DNA of 36,101 nucleotides from a virus (taxonomy: Duplodnaviria; Caudoviricetes). A program made the position numbers and the translations under genes. Positions 17,995 through 27,868 of the stretch are shown in pieces (position 1 is the stretch's first letter; every line of letters begins with the position of its first letter). The notes beneath the pieces were generated by a model. It was not told where the DNA came from. It saw nothing but the letters and a program-made list of their open reading frames with translations, and did no database searches. The DNA lies in IMG/VR virus record IMGVR_UViG_3300011434_000016, positions 1-36,101 of that record; one strand, written 5' to 3'.

Positions 17995-19028
17995 CGTTCT
18001 ACCTGGGCCGGGCCGACGGGCTGGTGGCGCTGCCCCCACCTGACCGGGGTATCGAACCCACCGCGGCGCGACTGTCCACTGTGCACCAGGGCAGCAGCGG
18101 CGCCCGGGTGGTCGACCTGGCCCCCCGCTTGAGCCGCACCTATCGCATGTCCTGGTCGTGGCTGGGCCCCGACGACTTCGCCGTGCTGGAGCAGTTCCAC
18201 CAGGGCGCCCGCGGTCCCGGACCGTTCGTGCTGCTCGACCCCGGCCGGCGCAACCACCTGGCCAGCAACCAGGCCAGCGCGACCAGCCACCGCGGCGACG
18301 CGTCAGGGTTCAGCGTCGCGCCCGGATCGGATGAGGCGTTGAGCTCCACCACCGCGCTGGTCGACCGCGGCCCGCGGGCCCTGTGCTGGTCGCTGCCGGG
18401 CACGGTCACCGCCGGCGTGCTCGACTTGGACCCGCCGGCGGGGCTGCTCGGGTTCCCCCTGCCCGCCGCCCAGCCGTGGACGCTGTCAGGCACCGTCCGG
18501 CTGGGCGGTGTGCTGTCCACCGTGACCGTCACCCCGGCCCTGTCCTGGCGGCGGGCAGACGGCTCCGAGACCACGGTCACCACCGGCGCCCCCGTTGCGG
18601 CGGTGCCCGGGACGTGGACCGCGTGGAGCGTGTCACTGGCCACCCCGCCGGCGGGGGCGGTGTACGTGCGCCCCCAGCTGCGGGTCGCGGCCGGCGTGCT
18701 CACCGCGGCCGGCACCCAGCCCAGCAGCACCGGGCAGGCCGCGCCCGCCCGCCGGGTCCGGGCGGGCACCGCCGTTCGGAGCAGGTCCACGGCGGTGCTG
18801 GTGACGCCGCCGCGCTACCTCAAACCCGGCCGGGTCATCATCGTGGCCGCGCCGACCCCGTTGGTGCAGCTGTTCGTCGACAAGCTCCAGCTCGACATGT
18901 CCGCCACGGCGCGGACCTGGGCAATGGGCACCGGCATTCCGCAGGTGAGCATGACCGCCCTGGGCGAGGAATACCGGCTGCTGCCCAGCCGCAACGCCGC
19001 CGCGACATTCATCGAGGTCGGCATATGA
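17991..19028 (+). CDS. Minor tail protein (distal-tail-like, with carbohydrate-binding-like region)
   Basis: First gene after tape measure (ATGA overlap); R.Y..SW..L, GPF.LLDP..RN.L. Confidence 0.65.
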   Translation: MTFYLGRADGLVALPPPDRGIEPTAARLSTVHQGSSGARVVDLAPRLSRTYRMSWSWLGPDDFAVLEQFHQGARGPGPFVLLDPGRRNHLASNQASATSHRGDASGFSVAPGSDEALSSTTALVDRGPRALCWSLPGTVTAGVLDLDPPAGLLGFPLPAAQPWTLSGTVRLGGVLSTVTVTPALSWRRADGSETTVTTGAPVAAVPGTWTAWSVSLATPPAGAVYVRPQLRVAAGVLTAAGTQPSSTGQAAPARRVRAGTAVRSRSTAVLVTPPRYLKPGRVIIVAAPTPLVQLFVDKLQLDMSATARTWAMGTGIPQVSMTALGEEYRLLPSRNAAATFIEVGI

Positions 19029-19043
19029 ACCGAGGGAGAAACC

Positions 19044-19502
19044 ATGTCTAAGGCCGGGTATTCAGCAGCGGTCGGGGCGGCGGTCGCCCTGGTCGGCGCA
19101 ACCCCCAAGACCGTGCTCGCCGTCATCGCGCCTGCATCGTTCGGAATCGACCTGCTCGGCTACGAGATCGGATTCGACGGCGTGACCGCCACCGACAAAG
19201 CCGTCCTCGTCGAAATCGTCAAGTACACCGCCGACGGCACCGGCACCGCTGGAACCGTCGTGCAAAACTACGGCCGGACCATCACCGCCGGGTTCACCAC
19301 CAAGTACAACTACTCGGCCGAGCCCACCGGCGGCGTGGTCCTCAGCCGCAAGTCCTTGACCCCGATCGGCGGCCTGATCATCGAGCGCTTCCCCGAGGGG
19401 CAGACCTTCGACTGCGCAGTGTCCGAGCTAATCGGGCTGCGCCTGACCGCACCCACCAACGCCGTCAACGCGAACCCCACCATGTTCTTCGAGCGCTGCT
19501 GA
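19044..19502 (+). CDS. Minor tail/virion protein
   Basis: GAGGGAG SD; beta-rich; in the tail module. Confidence 0.65.
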   Translation: MSKAGYSAAVGAAVALVGATPKTVLAVIAPASFGIDLLGYEIGFDGVTATDKAVLVEIVKYTADGTGTAGTVVQNYGRTITAGFTTKYNYSAEPTGGVVLSRKSLTPIGGLIIERFPEGQTFDCAVSELIGLRLTAPTNAVNANPTMFFERC

Positions 19503-19505
19503 CCG

Positions 19506-22499
19506 GTGAGCATCATCGTCCCGGCCCACCTGGCTGCGGCCATCGAATCGGCCGAGCGGCATCCGATCGTGCGGGTGCAGGTCGACTGGGAGGACGACGG
19601 ATTCGGCCCGGAGGGCAGCATCGATGACCTGACCGGCAAACAGGGCGCCGTGAAGATCACCCGCCAGCTGACCACCGACCTCCCCGACGCGGTGCGCCTG
19701 ACCGAGGGGTCAGCCGCGGCGACCGCCACAGTCGAGCTCGTCGCGGGCGACCTGTTCGACACATCGATGCACGCCGCCCGCTACTTCACCCGCGGCACGG
19801 ACTCCCCGATAGGGCACCTGGAACGCATCAACCGGCCGGTACGCATCGACATCGGTTTCATGACCGAGCAGGGCCCGCTGTACGTGCGTCGCATGACCGG
19901 GCGGACCCGCAACCTTCCCAGCTCCAGCCGCAGCCGCACCGCCCAACTGTCCATCTTGGACAATCGGGCCCGGCTGCGGACGCCCGTCCAGCTCATCCCG
20001 ACCGACGGCAGCCGCTCCGGTGCGAACGGAACGTGGGTCGTCTTCCAGGTACTGACGGCCAACGGGGTGCGGTGCGGGCCGGTGCCCGGGCCGGGTCTGC
20101 TCATGTGGGTCCCGTGCTACGGCTCGGTCCAACCGTGGATGCCGGCCGGGGAGTCGCCCACCTTCATATCCGTGTTCGTCGGCAACTGGGACACGCTGGC
20201 CCTGGCACTGCCGACGTTCGTCCCAGGCCCGTTCGTGCTCGCGGCCGACGCGTTCTACCGCAGCGAGACGGACCTGATGGAACCGACCATCTTCAAAGAC
20301 GTCGTACTGCAGCCCGGCCAGACCTGGAGCGGCCGCGGTGAAACCCGATTCGAGGTGTGGACCTATGGCGCTGCCTCGCCCAGCCCAAGCCCGGTCTTGT
20401 TCCCCTCGGCCGGGCGGGTGTTCGTCCAGTACTCCGACATTGAGCTCAATAACGGCAAGGTCGTGCTGGGCGTACGCGATAGCGGGCTGCTCTTCTGCGA
20501 CCTGTTCGACTCCGATTTCACCACCGTGATCGACTCGGTGACCTCCACCCTGACGGTGCCCGGCGATGCGGGCTGGCACGCCGTGGGTGTGCACGCCGAC
20601 CTGGCCGCCGGACGGGTCACGTTCCGGGTTGACGACGATGAGCAGACGCGGACGGCCGGAACCCGATTGAAGCTGCCGGGGATCGCTGGCAACTGGGCCA
20701 GTACCCCCGACCTGGCCGACCTGGACATCACCGGGGACATCGACATCAGGGTGGACGTGGCCCCGACGACCTGGACGCCGGCCGCGACCCAGGTGTTTCT
20801 GAGCAAGTGGGGCGCTTCGGGTCACAGGTCGTTTCTGTTCCAGGTGACCAGCTTGGGACAGCTGGAGTTCGTCTGGTCTGCGTCCGGCTCCGCTGCGGCC
20901 GGGTTCGTCGACTCCAGCGTGGCCATCCCAGATGACCTGTTCCCTGTGCCGCACCGGTGCGTGGTCCGGGTCACGCTGGACGTCGACAATGGGGCCGCAG
21001 GCAACGACACGATCTTTTATACCGGGCCGACGCTTGACGGGCCCTGGCGCCAGCTGGGGACCACCGTGACCAACGCCGGCGTTACGTCGATCTTCTCCGG
21101 TGACCTACCGGTGGAGATCGGGAGCCACAGTCTCGGCACGCTCACCCCGCTGGCCGGCTACGTGTACGCGGCGCAGCTGCACCCCGGCATCAACGCCGTT
21201 CCGGTGGCCTCGCCGCACTTTGACAGCCAGACCCCGGGCACGGTGAGCTTCACCGACCCGGCCGGGCGGGTCTGGACAGTCAACGGGTCTATCGCCGCCA
21301 TCGTGTCCGAGTTCGACCTGGCCGCCGTCCCCGTCGTGCCCACCATGATCAGGGCGGGCTGGTGGGTGCCCTCGTCGGACCTGTTCGTGCACTCCTGCCC
21401 GGCCGACACCACCTGGCGCAGCCAGGACGTTCTCGTCGAGGCGGTGCTGGACCGGTCTCGGCTGGACCTGGTCGCGGTGGCTGAACCGCTGCCGCTGGAC
21501 CCGCAGCAGCTGATGACCGACCTGGCCATGTCCGAGCAGGCGACCGCCGTCTGGGACGAGAACGGCATCTTTCGCTACCGCACCCGCGACCGACTCGTCA
21601 CCGGCGATGGCCTTATCGCACAACGGGCCCTCACCACCGCCGACGCCTCACTGCTGGACGTGAACATCGACGACGGCATCGACCAGGTCCGCAACATCGT
21701 TCAGGTCACCTACACGCCGATGAACCCGGTCAGCCAGACGATCTCGGTACTGATCGATGACACGCTGCGCACCCTGCCCCCGGGCGGCACCGCCTACGTG
21801 GTGTCCTTCACCGACCTGGTGGTGTCCCTGGAAAGCAGGGCGTTCCCGCTCTCGGTCACCGAGTGGGGCTTCTTCGGCCCGGGCGGCACCAGTAGTCCGC
21901 CGGTGGACCTAGAGGCATATCTGGCCATCACGATCTACAGCGACGGCAGCTCGGATGCCAGCGACCCGGCTGGCGTCCTCGCCGCCGGCTATATAGACAA
22001 CGTCACGTGCACGGTCGCGCAGTGGAACGCCGGCGCCGCCCTCGTGGTCGTCACCAACACCGCGGCGGTCACGCTCTACATCGCCCACCTGTCCCTGCAC
22101 GGGCGGTCGGTGCAGCAAGGCAACCAGCTCATGGTCGAGGTCCGCGACCAGCTGTCCATCGACACCCACGGTCCGCAGGGCCTGCAGATCACCCTGCCCA
22201 ACTGGGTCCAAACCGCAGGCATCGCGCAGAGCCTGGCCCTGACCCTGCTGGGCGACCTGGCCCAGGCCCGGCCCAGCGTCACCGGGTTGCGGATCGTGGG
22301 CGACCCGCGCCGCCAACTGGGGGACCGGGTCGCCCTGGCCGACCCCGACGGCACGCAACTGCAGGGTGAATTCTGGTTGACCAGCATCGATGACGACGTG
22401 TCCGGATCCGGCGCGTATGTGCAAGCCGTCTCGGCCCGCGCCGCTAGCTCCGTGCTGCGCTGGGGTGAGGGACGTTGGGGATTGGAGACGTGGGGCTGA
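19506..22499 (+). CDS. Large minor tail (hub/baseplate) protein with LamG-like inserts
   Basis: VDW..DG N-terminus, WDENG.FRYR.R, GDPR.QLGDRV C-terminus; internal ASTPD...LDITGDIDIRV LamG-like module. Confidence 0.75.
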   Translation: MSIIVPAHLAAAIESAERHPIVRVQVDWEDDGFGPEGSIDDLTGKQGAVKITRQLTTDLPDAVRLTEGSAAATATVELVAGDLFDTSMHAARYFTRGTDSPIGHLERINRPVRIDIGFMTEQGPLYVRRMTGRTRNLPSSSRSRTAQLSILDNRARLRTPVQLIPTDGSRSGANGTWVVFQVLTANGVRCGPVPGPGLLMWVPCYGSVQPWMPAGESPTFISVFVGNWDTLALALPTFVPGPFVLAADAFYRSETDLMEPTIFKDVVLQPGQTWSGRGETRFEVWTYGAASPSPSPVLFPSAGRVFVQYSDIELNNGKVVLGVRDSGLLFCDLFDSDFTTVIDSVTSTLTVPGDAGWHAVGVHADLAAGRVTFRVDDDEQTRTAGTRLKLPGIAGNWASTPDLADLDITGDIDIRVDVAPTTWTPAATQVFLSKWGASGHRSFLFQVTSLGQLEFVWSASGSAAAGFVDSSVAIPDDLFPVPHRCVVRVTLDVDNGAAGNDTIFYTGPTLDGPWRQLGTTVTNAGVTSIFSGDLPVEIGSHSLGTLTPLAGYVYAAQLHPGINAVPVASPHFDSQTPGTVSFTDPAGRVWTVNGSIAAIVSEFDLAAVPVVPTMIRAGWWVPSSDLFVHSCPADTTWRSQDVLVEAVLDRSRLDLVAVAEPLPLDPQQLMTDLAMSEQATAVWDENGIFRYRTRDRLVTGDGLIAQRALTTADASLLDVNIDDGIDQVRNIVQVTYTPMNPVSQTISVLIDDTLRTLPPGGTAYVVSFTDLVVSLESRAFPLSVTEWGFFGPGGTSSPPVDLEAYLAITIYSDGSSDASDPAGVLAAGYIDNVTCTVAQWNAGAALVVVTNTAAVTLYIAHLSLHGRSVQQGNQLMVEVRDQLSIDTHGPQGLQITLPNWVQTAGIAQSLALTLLGDLAQARPSVTGLRIVGDPRRQLGDRVALADPDGTQLQGEFWLTSIDDDVSGSGAYVQAVSARAASSVLRWGEGRWGLETWG

Positions 22500-22987
22500 T
22501 GACATACCAATGGGCGGCGGTCAACAAAGCACAGGTGGCGGACACAGACGCGATCAACGCACTTGGCGCGGCGGTCACCACGCACGACCAGGGGATGGCC
22601 CGCATGGGCTGTTCGCTGCGGCGGGTTGCAGCCCAGACGTTGCCGGACGCCGCGCCCACGGCGTTCACATGGGATACCGAGGATGCGGACACCCATGGCC
22701 TGTTCGCGTCCGGTACGGACATAACGATTCCGGCAGGCGGCGGCGGCGTGTGGGTCATTTCCGTCGTAGCTGTCTTCATAGCCGCAGCGCTGACCGGGAT
22801 CGGCATGACGCAAATCAAAATCGACGGCGGCGAGCAGGCTAGGGCACCCTTTGCCGACAACGGATCGTCCGTTGGCTTAGTGATGCCACTCAGCGCTGGT
22901 CAGGTGATCACGGTGGCGGTGTATGCCGACACGGCGGCCGGTACCACCATGACGGGCGCAGTGTTCTGCTACCGGGTGGGGCTGTAA
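22499..22987 (+). CDS. Minor tail / tail-tip protein (C1q-like beta fold possible)
   Basis: FTWDTED.DT.G.F, ITIPAGG.GVW; last tail gene before lysis. Confidence 0.6.
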   Translation: MTYQWAAVNKAQVADTDAINALGAAVTTHDQGMARMGCSLRRVAAQTLPDAAPTAFTWDTEDADTHGLFASGTDITIPAGGGGVWVISVVAVFIAAALTGIGMTQIKIDGGEQARAPFADNGSSVGLVMPLSAGQVITVAVYADTAAGTTMTGAVFCYRVGL

Positions 22988-22990
22988 GCG

Positions 22991-24625
22991 ATGGGCAGCT
23001 TGCTCGCGTACGCATTCCAGATCCAGCAGAGGACTTACTGGTGCGGGCCCGCCGCGGTGCGGGTGGCGCTATCGGCTCGCGGCGTGATCGTCTCCCAGCA
23101 GGACCTGGCCGCCGAGTTGGGCACCACCACGCTTGGCACCGACTCGTCCAGCGACGTCGCTCGGGTCCTCAACGTCACCCTCGGGCCCGGCGTGTACGAC
23201 GCGACGTGGATCCCCGGGCAGGACGCCACCGTCGCGGAGCGCGAGGAGCTGCGCCAGCACGTGCACCGCTCGATCGACGCCGGATATGCGGTTGTGGCCA
23301 ACGTGGTCGGTACGATCGCGCCCAACGACGGAGGGTCATACACCTACGCGGGCGGGCACTATGTGACGATCGTGGGCTACGACGACTCGGACAACGTGTT
23401 CGTTGCCGACGTCGCCGCCCGGCCCTACTGGGTCACCCTGGCCGCGATGGCCACCTGGATCGCCGAACGCGGCTACTCGTCCACCACCGCGGCCGCCCCT
23501 GTCCCCCCGCCGCCGGGCACCCCGCCCCCGTGGCCGACGTACATGCCGGCCGGGCACTACTACGGCCTGATCACGGGACCGGCCGCCAGCCACGGCGGCA
23601 CTTACGAGATCGACCAGGCGCCGATTCTCGCGATCCAGCAGCGCCTGCAGGTGCTCGGCTATGCCCCGGGCGGGTCAGGCTGGGCGGATGGCTTGTTCGA
23701 GACCGCCACCGAGACCGCGGTCTCCGCATTCCAGCAGGCGCGGCTGGCCGAGACCACCACCCTGTTCGGGCAGGTGTGGGCCGACGACTGGGCCGCCCTG
23801 TTCGGCCCGGTCCCCGAACCCCCGCCGCCGCCCCCACCGCCCCCACCGCCGCCGCCGGTCCAGATCGCGGACACCTTCCTGGTCGTTGACCTGGCCTCCC
23901 CGTACCAGGACGGCGCCGACCTGGCGGCCTTGCGGGCCGCCGGCGTGCGGGCGGTCAACATCAAAACCAGCGAGGGCGTGGGCTACATCAACCCCCGGGC
24001 TGTCGCCTGGGGCGCGCAAGCTCGTGCAAACGCGCTGGACATCTGCACGTTCCACTGGATCGACAGTTCGGGCAGCGGCACCGAGCAGGCCCACAAGGCG
24101 TTCGAAGTGATGCAGGCGGTTGGGGCCGGCACCACCGAGGGCATGGCCCACTCGTGCGACTGCGAGGACGACGCCACCCTGGAGCAGGTCACCGCCTACA
24201 TCGCCACCATGGCCGCGCTGCTGGGCCGCCCGGTCGTGTTCTACACCGGCGACTGGTGGCTGGACGATCCGGCGCGACGGTGGAACGTGGCGGCCCTGAC
24301 GCCCTATCTGTGGGCGGCGCCCAACGAGGGCTACCTGAGCGAGTACCCCGGCGATGACTCGCCGGCGTGGCGGGCGGGCTACGGCGGCTACGTGTCCCTG
24401 GCCGCGATGCAGTTCGCGGTCGGGCCGCTGGCCGGCGCGCCGGGCAACGTTTCCAAGACCCGCATGCGCAACGCGGTGTGGGCGGTCCTGACCGCACCGA
24501 CGCCGCCCCCCCCGCCGCCGCCGGCGGGTCCGCCGCCGCCGTCGCTGGCCGAGATCGCCGCCGCGGTGGCCCTGGTCGTGCGCAGCGAGCTGGACCGCAC
24601 CGGCCTGCAAGGAAGGACGCCGTGA
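22991..24625 (+). CDS. Endolysin: C39-like peptidase + peptidoglycan-binding domain + GH25-like muramidase
   Basis: QQ.TYWCGPA and GHYVTIVGYD; LQ.LGY...ADG.F...T..AV.AFQ; VDLASPYQ, IKTSEG..Y.NP, CDCE, YTG.WW, LWAA. Poly-Pro linkers. Confidence 0.85.
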   Translation: MGSLLAYAFQIQQRTYWCGPAAVRVALSARGVIVSQQDLAAELGTTTLGTDSSSDVARVLNVTLGPGVYDATWIPGQDATVAEREELRQHVHRSIDAGYAVVANVVGTIAPNDGGSYTYAGGHYVTIVGYDDSDNVFVADVAARPYWVTLAAMATWIAERGYSSTTAAAPVPPPPGTPPPWPTYMPAGHYYGLITGPAASHGGTYEIDQAPILAIQQRLQVLGYAPGGSGWADGLFETATETAVSAFQQARLAETTTLFGQVWADDWAALFGPVPEPPPPPPPPPPPPPVQIADTFLVVDLASPYQDGADLAALRAAGVRAVNIKTSEGVGYINPRAVAWGAQARANALDICTFHWIDSSGSGTEQAHKAFEVMQAVGAGTTEGMAHSCDCEDDATLEQVTAYIATMAALLGRPVVFYTGDWWLDDPARRWNVAALTPYLWAAPNEGYLSEYPGDDSPAWRAGYGGYVSLAAMQFAVGPLAGAPGNVSKTRMRNAVWAVLTAPTPPPPPPPAGPPPPSLAEIAAAVALVVRSELDRTGLQGRTP

Positions 24626-24870
24626 GAACCGAACACTTCCTACTGCTCACCGGGCTGATCGGGCTGGCCACCGCGATGGTCCCGCTCTACCGCGAGATCC
24701 GGCGCACCCGCACCGAGCTGCGCGGCAGCATCGCCGACGTGCACGTGATCGTCAACCGCCAGCGCAGCGACATGCAGCGCTACCAGGCCGCGCTGGTGGA
24801 GGCGCTGCGCGAGGCCGGCGTGGCCGTCCCGGCCGATGAGTCCCTGCAACCAAAGGAGCCGCCGTCATGA
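24622..24870 (+). CDS. Lysis-cassette membrane protein (TM + coiled coil)
   Basis: GTG overlaps the endolysin stop; N-terminal TM helix, VH..VN.Q motif. Confidence 0.7.
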   Translation: MRTEHFLLLTGLIGLATAMVPLYREIRRTRTELRGSIADVHVIVNRQRSDMQRYQAALVEALREAGVAVPADESLQPKEPPS

Positions 24871-25166
24871 ACCTCGCCGAATGGAGCGCGCTGGTCGGTG
24901 CCCTCATGCCCGCCCTGATCGCCGTGGTCAACCAGCCCCACTGGCCGCCTTGGGCCCGGGCGGTCATGACCGTCCTGTCCTGCATCGTCGCCGGGGGCAT
25001 CACCGCCGCGGTCGAGGGCCGCTTCACCGGCGTGGGCCTGGTCGAGTCGGTGGGCGTGGTCCTCGTCGCCGCCCTGGCCGCTTACCGGTGGTGGTGGAAA
25101 CCGTCGGGCATCGCCGACACGATCGAGACCAGGACGACCCCGGGCATTCGAGGAGCCACACGGTGA
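24867..25166 (+). CDS. Putative holin
   Basis: AAGGAG SD; three hydrophobic segments; P.LIAVVNQP.W and Y..WWKPSGIA..IE. Confidence 0.75.
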   Translation: MNLAEWSALVGALMPALIAVVNQPHWPPWARAVMTVLSCIVAGGITAAVEGRFTGVGLVESVGVVLVAALAAYRWWWKPSGIADTIETRTTPGIRGATR

Positions 25167-25372
25167 CCGTCCGCGCCGCCCACTGGATCGTCGGAGACAG
25201 CCACCACATGCAGTACCCATGCGGAGCGCATCGTCGGGGCTTGAGCCAAGTCATCACCGGGACACGCTCACGCACCGGCGTGACCTGCGTGGGATGTCTG
25301 CGGTCCCGGATCTTCCAAGCCGCATGCGATGCAGCTGGCGGCCGGGGTGTGGATGGCGCTGCGGCTGCGTGA
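25163..25372 (+). CDS. Small His/Cys protein
   Basis: GAGGAG SD; H...CG...VTCVGC. Confidence 0.55.
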   Translation: MTVRAAHWIVGDSHHMQYPCGAHRRGLSQVITGTRSRTGVTCVGCLRSRIFQAACDAAGGRGVDGAAAA

Positions 25373-25652
25373 CCTGGGCCTCCGGTTCGTTCGCTTGACG
25401 GCTGGCGCCCACGGATGGTTATCTCTTGCGGCGCGGCTGGCGCATGGTGGCACGGGAGATCCGTGAACGGCTAACCGTAGACATGAGGATGTGGACGGGT
25501 AGGCACGAAACAAAGCCAGACGCGCACCCGCATGGCACCGGTGGGAATTATCCTTTTCCGTTAGCGCGGCAGGGACGACTCTGCGACACATCGGTGCCAT
25601 GCACCAACTCTGGGCCTTTCCGGAATCACAAACGTCGATGTCCAATGTGGAC

Positions 25653-25702
25653 AAAAAAAGGGGCGCCAACGCCGGCATCACTGCCGGGGCTGGCGCCCCT
25701 TT
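25653..25702 (-). terminator. Intrinsic terminator ending the minus-strand gene array (possibly bidirectional)
   Basis: AAAGGGGCGCCA...TGGCGCCCCTTT hairpin followed by a 7-U tract on the - strand, 4 nt after the 25707 stop. Confidence 0.85.
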
Positions 25703-25706
25703 CTCC

Positions 25707-26285
25707 CTACGACTTGACCCGTGGATTCATCGCATCCAACGCGCTCGTACGACGCAGCTCACGCTGCGCCTCACGGAACGCGAGGGCCTGCGGCGACTCG
25801 ATCGCGTCCACCGCCTTGACCAACTCAGCAGCGCTGGCGGCCACCTCGGCTACCCGCATCGGCTGGGACTTCATCGCCCGGATCCGGGCACCGAGCTCAA
25901 CCATCCCGACCGCGGCTACCGCCATGAGGCCATCCACGGTGGCTGGCCAGATGTGGGCGTTGGTGGCCGACTCGCCATGGTCCGCGACAGCGGCCACCAT
26001 GTGCCAGTACGACAACCAGCCCGCAGCGCCAGCCACCGCGAGGGTGGCCGCAACACGTGTAAACGCGCCGAGCTTCTGGCCGGTGGGGATCCGGGTGAGC
26101 AGTTCCAGCGTCAACAGGAGACCCAAGGGCGGCCAGCCTGCGATGCCTTTGTTGATCAGGGTGTGGGCGTCAAGCTGGTTGACCGCGATCGAGACGGCAA
26201 CCCCAACGAACACGATGGAGGCAACGAACCACCGGGTCTTGCGGTAGTCGCGCAGCTGCTTTTCAGCCTCTGTACGTTCTTGCAT
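25707..26285 (-). CDS. DUF2637-like membrane protein
   Basis: Several TM segments; SYWHM..AV..HGE....A.IWP..VDGL. The start follows a repeat SD hairpin. Confidence 0.75.
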   Translation of the reverse strand: MQERTEAEKQLRDYRKTRWFVASIVFVGVAVSIAVNQLDAHTLINKGIAGWPPLGLLLTLELLTRIPTGQKLGAFTRVAATLAVAGAAGWLSYWHMVAAVADHGESATNAHIWPATVDGLMAVAAVGMVELGARIRAMKSQPMRVAEVAASAAELVKAVDAIESPQALAFREAQRELRRTSALDAMNPRVKS

Positions 26286-26424
26286 GGGTGGTCTCCCTCC
26301 ACCAGGCACCCTCGGACGGGGTGCGGGGTGCGGACGCGCCATTGAAGGCGACGGGGGAGAATGCCTGCCCGCTTGCCACGGACCCGTAAGGCGAATCGCC
26401 TCACGCTCGACGCGGCGGGGTGTT

Positions 26425-26649
26425 TCAGGACGGTCTGCGGGGCGATGTGTGCAGGTCCAGGCCGAGGACCGCGCATACGACCAGGATGCCCCGCAGCTCT
26501 ACCCGTCCAGTGGTCAACATGTTGACCAGCGCGGTGTGGCTGATGCCCGCCGCTGCGGCCAACTCGGCACGACTCAGACCACACCAGCGGCGGGCGGTGT
26601 CGATCTCGGTCATGAGCCCCGGCATCGGGTCGATCGGGCTCCGGGGCAC
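26425..26649 (-). CDS. XRE-family HTH protein
   Basis: ARRWCGLSRAELAAAAGISHTAL.N...G.......VCAVLGLDL. Start uncertain; TAGTGT -10 (26663-26658) suggests a near-leaderless GTG at 26649. Confidence 0.75.
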   Translation of the reverse strand: MPRSPIDPMPGLMTEIDTARRWCGLSRAELAAAAGISHTALVNMLTTGRVELRGILVVCAVLGLDLHTSPRRPS

Positions 26650-26704
26650 GGCAGCGAACACTACACCACACGGGGCGGGGGTTCACAACCCCCGCCCCGT
26701 GTTG

Positions 26705-26938
26705 TTACTCGTCTGCCTTGTCAGTGACCACGAGCAGCCACCGACCGCCCAGCCACGCGTAGGGCTTGGCTGGGTCCGGCGGCGGCGTGCACGTGTAGAC
26801 CGGGCCGAGCCGGGCCACGTCCCGACCAGCCAACGCCTGCAGCCGACTGACCTCTGCGGCAGCTGCGCCCTCGTCCGGGTAGCTGCCCGAGACCACATAC
26901 GCGCCCTGGGCGGTGAGGACCTCTACTGTGTACCTCAT
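26705..26938 (-). CDS. Array gene, 77 aa, ends in PPPDPAKPYAWLGGRWLLVVTD
   Basis: ATG directly after the repeat hairpin; a hairpin (26671-26699) follows the stop. Confidence 0.75.
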   Translation of the reverse strand: MRYTVEVLTAQGAYVVSGSYPDEGAAAAEVSRLQALAGRDVARLGPVYTCTPPPDPAKPYAWLGGRWLLVVTDKADE

Positions 26939-27034
26939 GTCGGTCTCCCTCCGACTTGGTGGGCCAGGGTGGGCCCGGGCGGTGCTGGGTCCGGTTGGGG
27001 AACGGGACCCAGCACCACCCCCACCCACCAGGGC

Positions 27035-27220
27035 CTACGCGCGGCAGCCTCTGGAAAGGCACAGGATCGCGTCCAGCCGTTTCGGCATCAACTGCCGCGA
27101 CCAGCCGGCCACGTACCGGCCGCACGCCGTCCATTCGGTCTGCCCGTCCATGAGCTTGTGCTGCAGGCAGGGCCGCCCTGCAGCGGACCGGGCGATCACA
27201 TAGACGTTTTTCAAGGGCAT
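27035..27220 (-). CDS. Array gene, 61 aa, His/Cys (possible Zn binding)
   Basis: MPLKNVYVIARS...QH...TACG...LC..RGC; follows a repeat. Confidence 0.72.
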   Translation of the reverse strand: MPLKNVYVIARSAAGRPCLQHKLMDGQTEWTACGRYVAGWSRQLMPKRLDAILCLSRGCRA

Positions 27221-27354
27221 TGTCGGTTTCTCCCTCCGACGTACCCGGACCGGGCCGGCCCGGGTTGGGTGAATGGCGGGGCCACGACAGCCCGGCCACC
27301 CGTTACCTTCCTGTAAGCGCCGTTCCCTAGCAAGCACGAGGTGCAGTGGCTTGA

Positions 27355-27516
27355 CTACGCCGACTGGACCGTGCCCGTGAGGGGATAGGGGCTGTGCACG
27401 CCGCCGATCAGCCGGTCCGCGTACTCCGCGTGGTCCCAGGCCATCCGGCCGTTGCGCTCGCGCCCGCGGATCTCGCGGTCGCACTGCTCGCACCTCGCGG
27501 TCAGGGTGTGCGCCAT
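27355..27516 (-). CDS. Array gene, 53 aa, CxxC...WxH...HxP
   Basis: MAHTLTARCEQCDREI...; follows a repeat variant. Confidence 0.72.
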   Translation of the reverse strand: MAHTLTARCEQCDREIRGRERNGRMAWDHAEYADRLIGGVHSPYPLTGTVQSA

Positions 27517-27602
27517 GACGGGTCTCCCTCCGTCCAGCCCGGCCCCTGGTAGGGCCGGGTCCAGTGAGCGGCGGGGCCACGACAGCCCCGCCCCTCCCGC
27601 TG

Positions 27603-27785
27603 TCATTCGGCCGGCTGGTACTCGACGCCGCCGGAGACGTACACCCGCATGGGGCCCAGGCAGAACAGGCCATAGGCGCCGAGGTTGACGAGCTTCGCGG
27701 AGATCCGCCACTCTTCCTCGGTCGCCAGCCGGACGAGCTCGCCGGTCTCGGCGTTGACGATCCAACCGTGCTTGATTCGCAGCAT
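27603..27785 (-). CDS. Array gene, 60 aa
   Basis: MLRIKHGWIVNAETGELVRLAT.EE...; follows an exact repeat. Confidence 0.75.
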   Translation of the reverse strand: MLRIKHGWIVNAETGELVRLATEEEWRISAKLVNLGAYGLFCLGPMRVYVSGGVEYQPAE

Positions 27786-27868
27786 TGTCGGTCTCCCTCC
27801 GACGTGCCCGCGCCTGCTGCGCGAGCTGAGCGGTCAGCGGGCCCACGACAGGCCCGCCGGCCCCGGTC

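Noticed and set aside
19506-22987. Diversity-generating retroelement acting on tail genes
   Set aside because: No reverse transcriptase and no template/variable repeat pair differing at adenines was seen.
19-24671. Long antisense and off-frame ORFs in the track (e.g. 2097-3533, 15937-17475, 19710-20954)
   Set aside because: Shadow ORFs expected in GC-rich DNA; they overlap well-supported + strand genes and have Arg/Pro/Gly-rich non-protein-like composition.
25373-25652. Lower-GC gap as att site or hidden gene
   Set aside because: No repeat partner, tRNA homology or convincing ORF is visible; it is simply the convergence zone of two operons.
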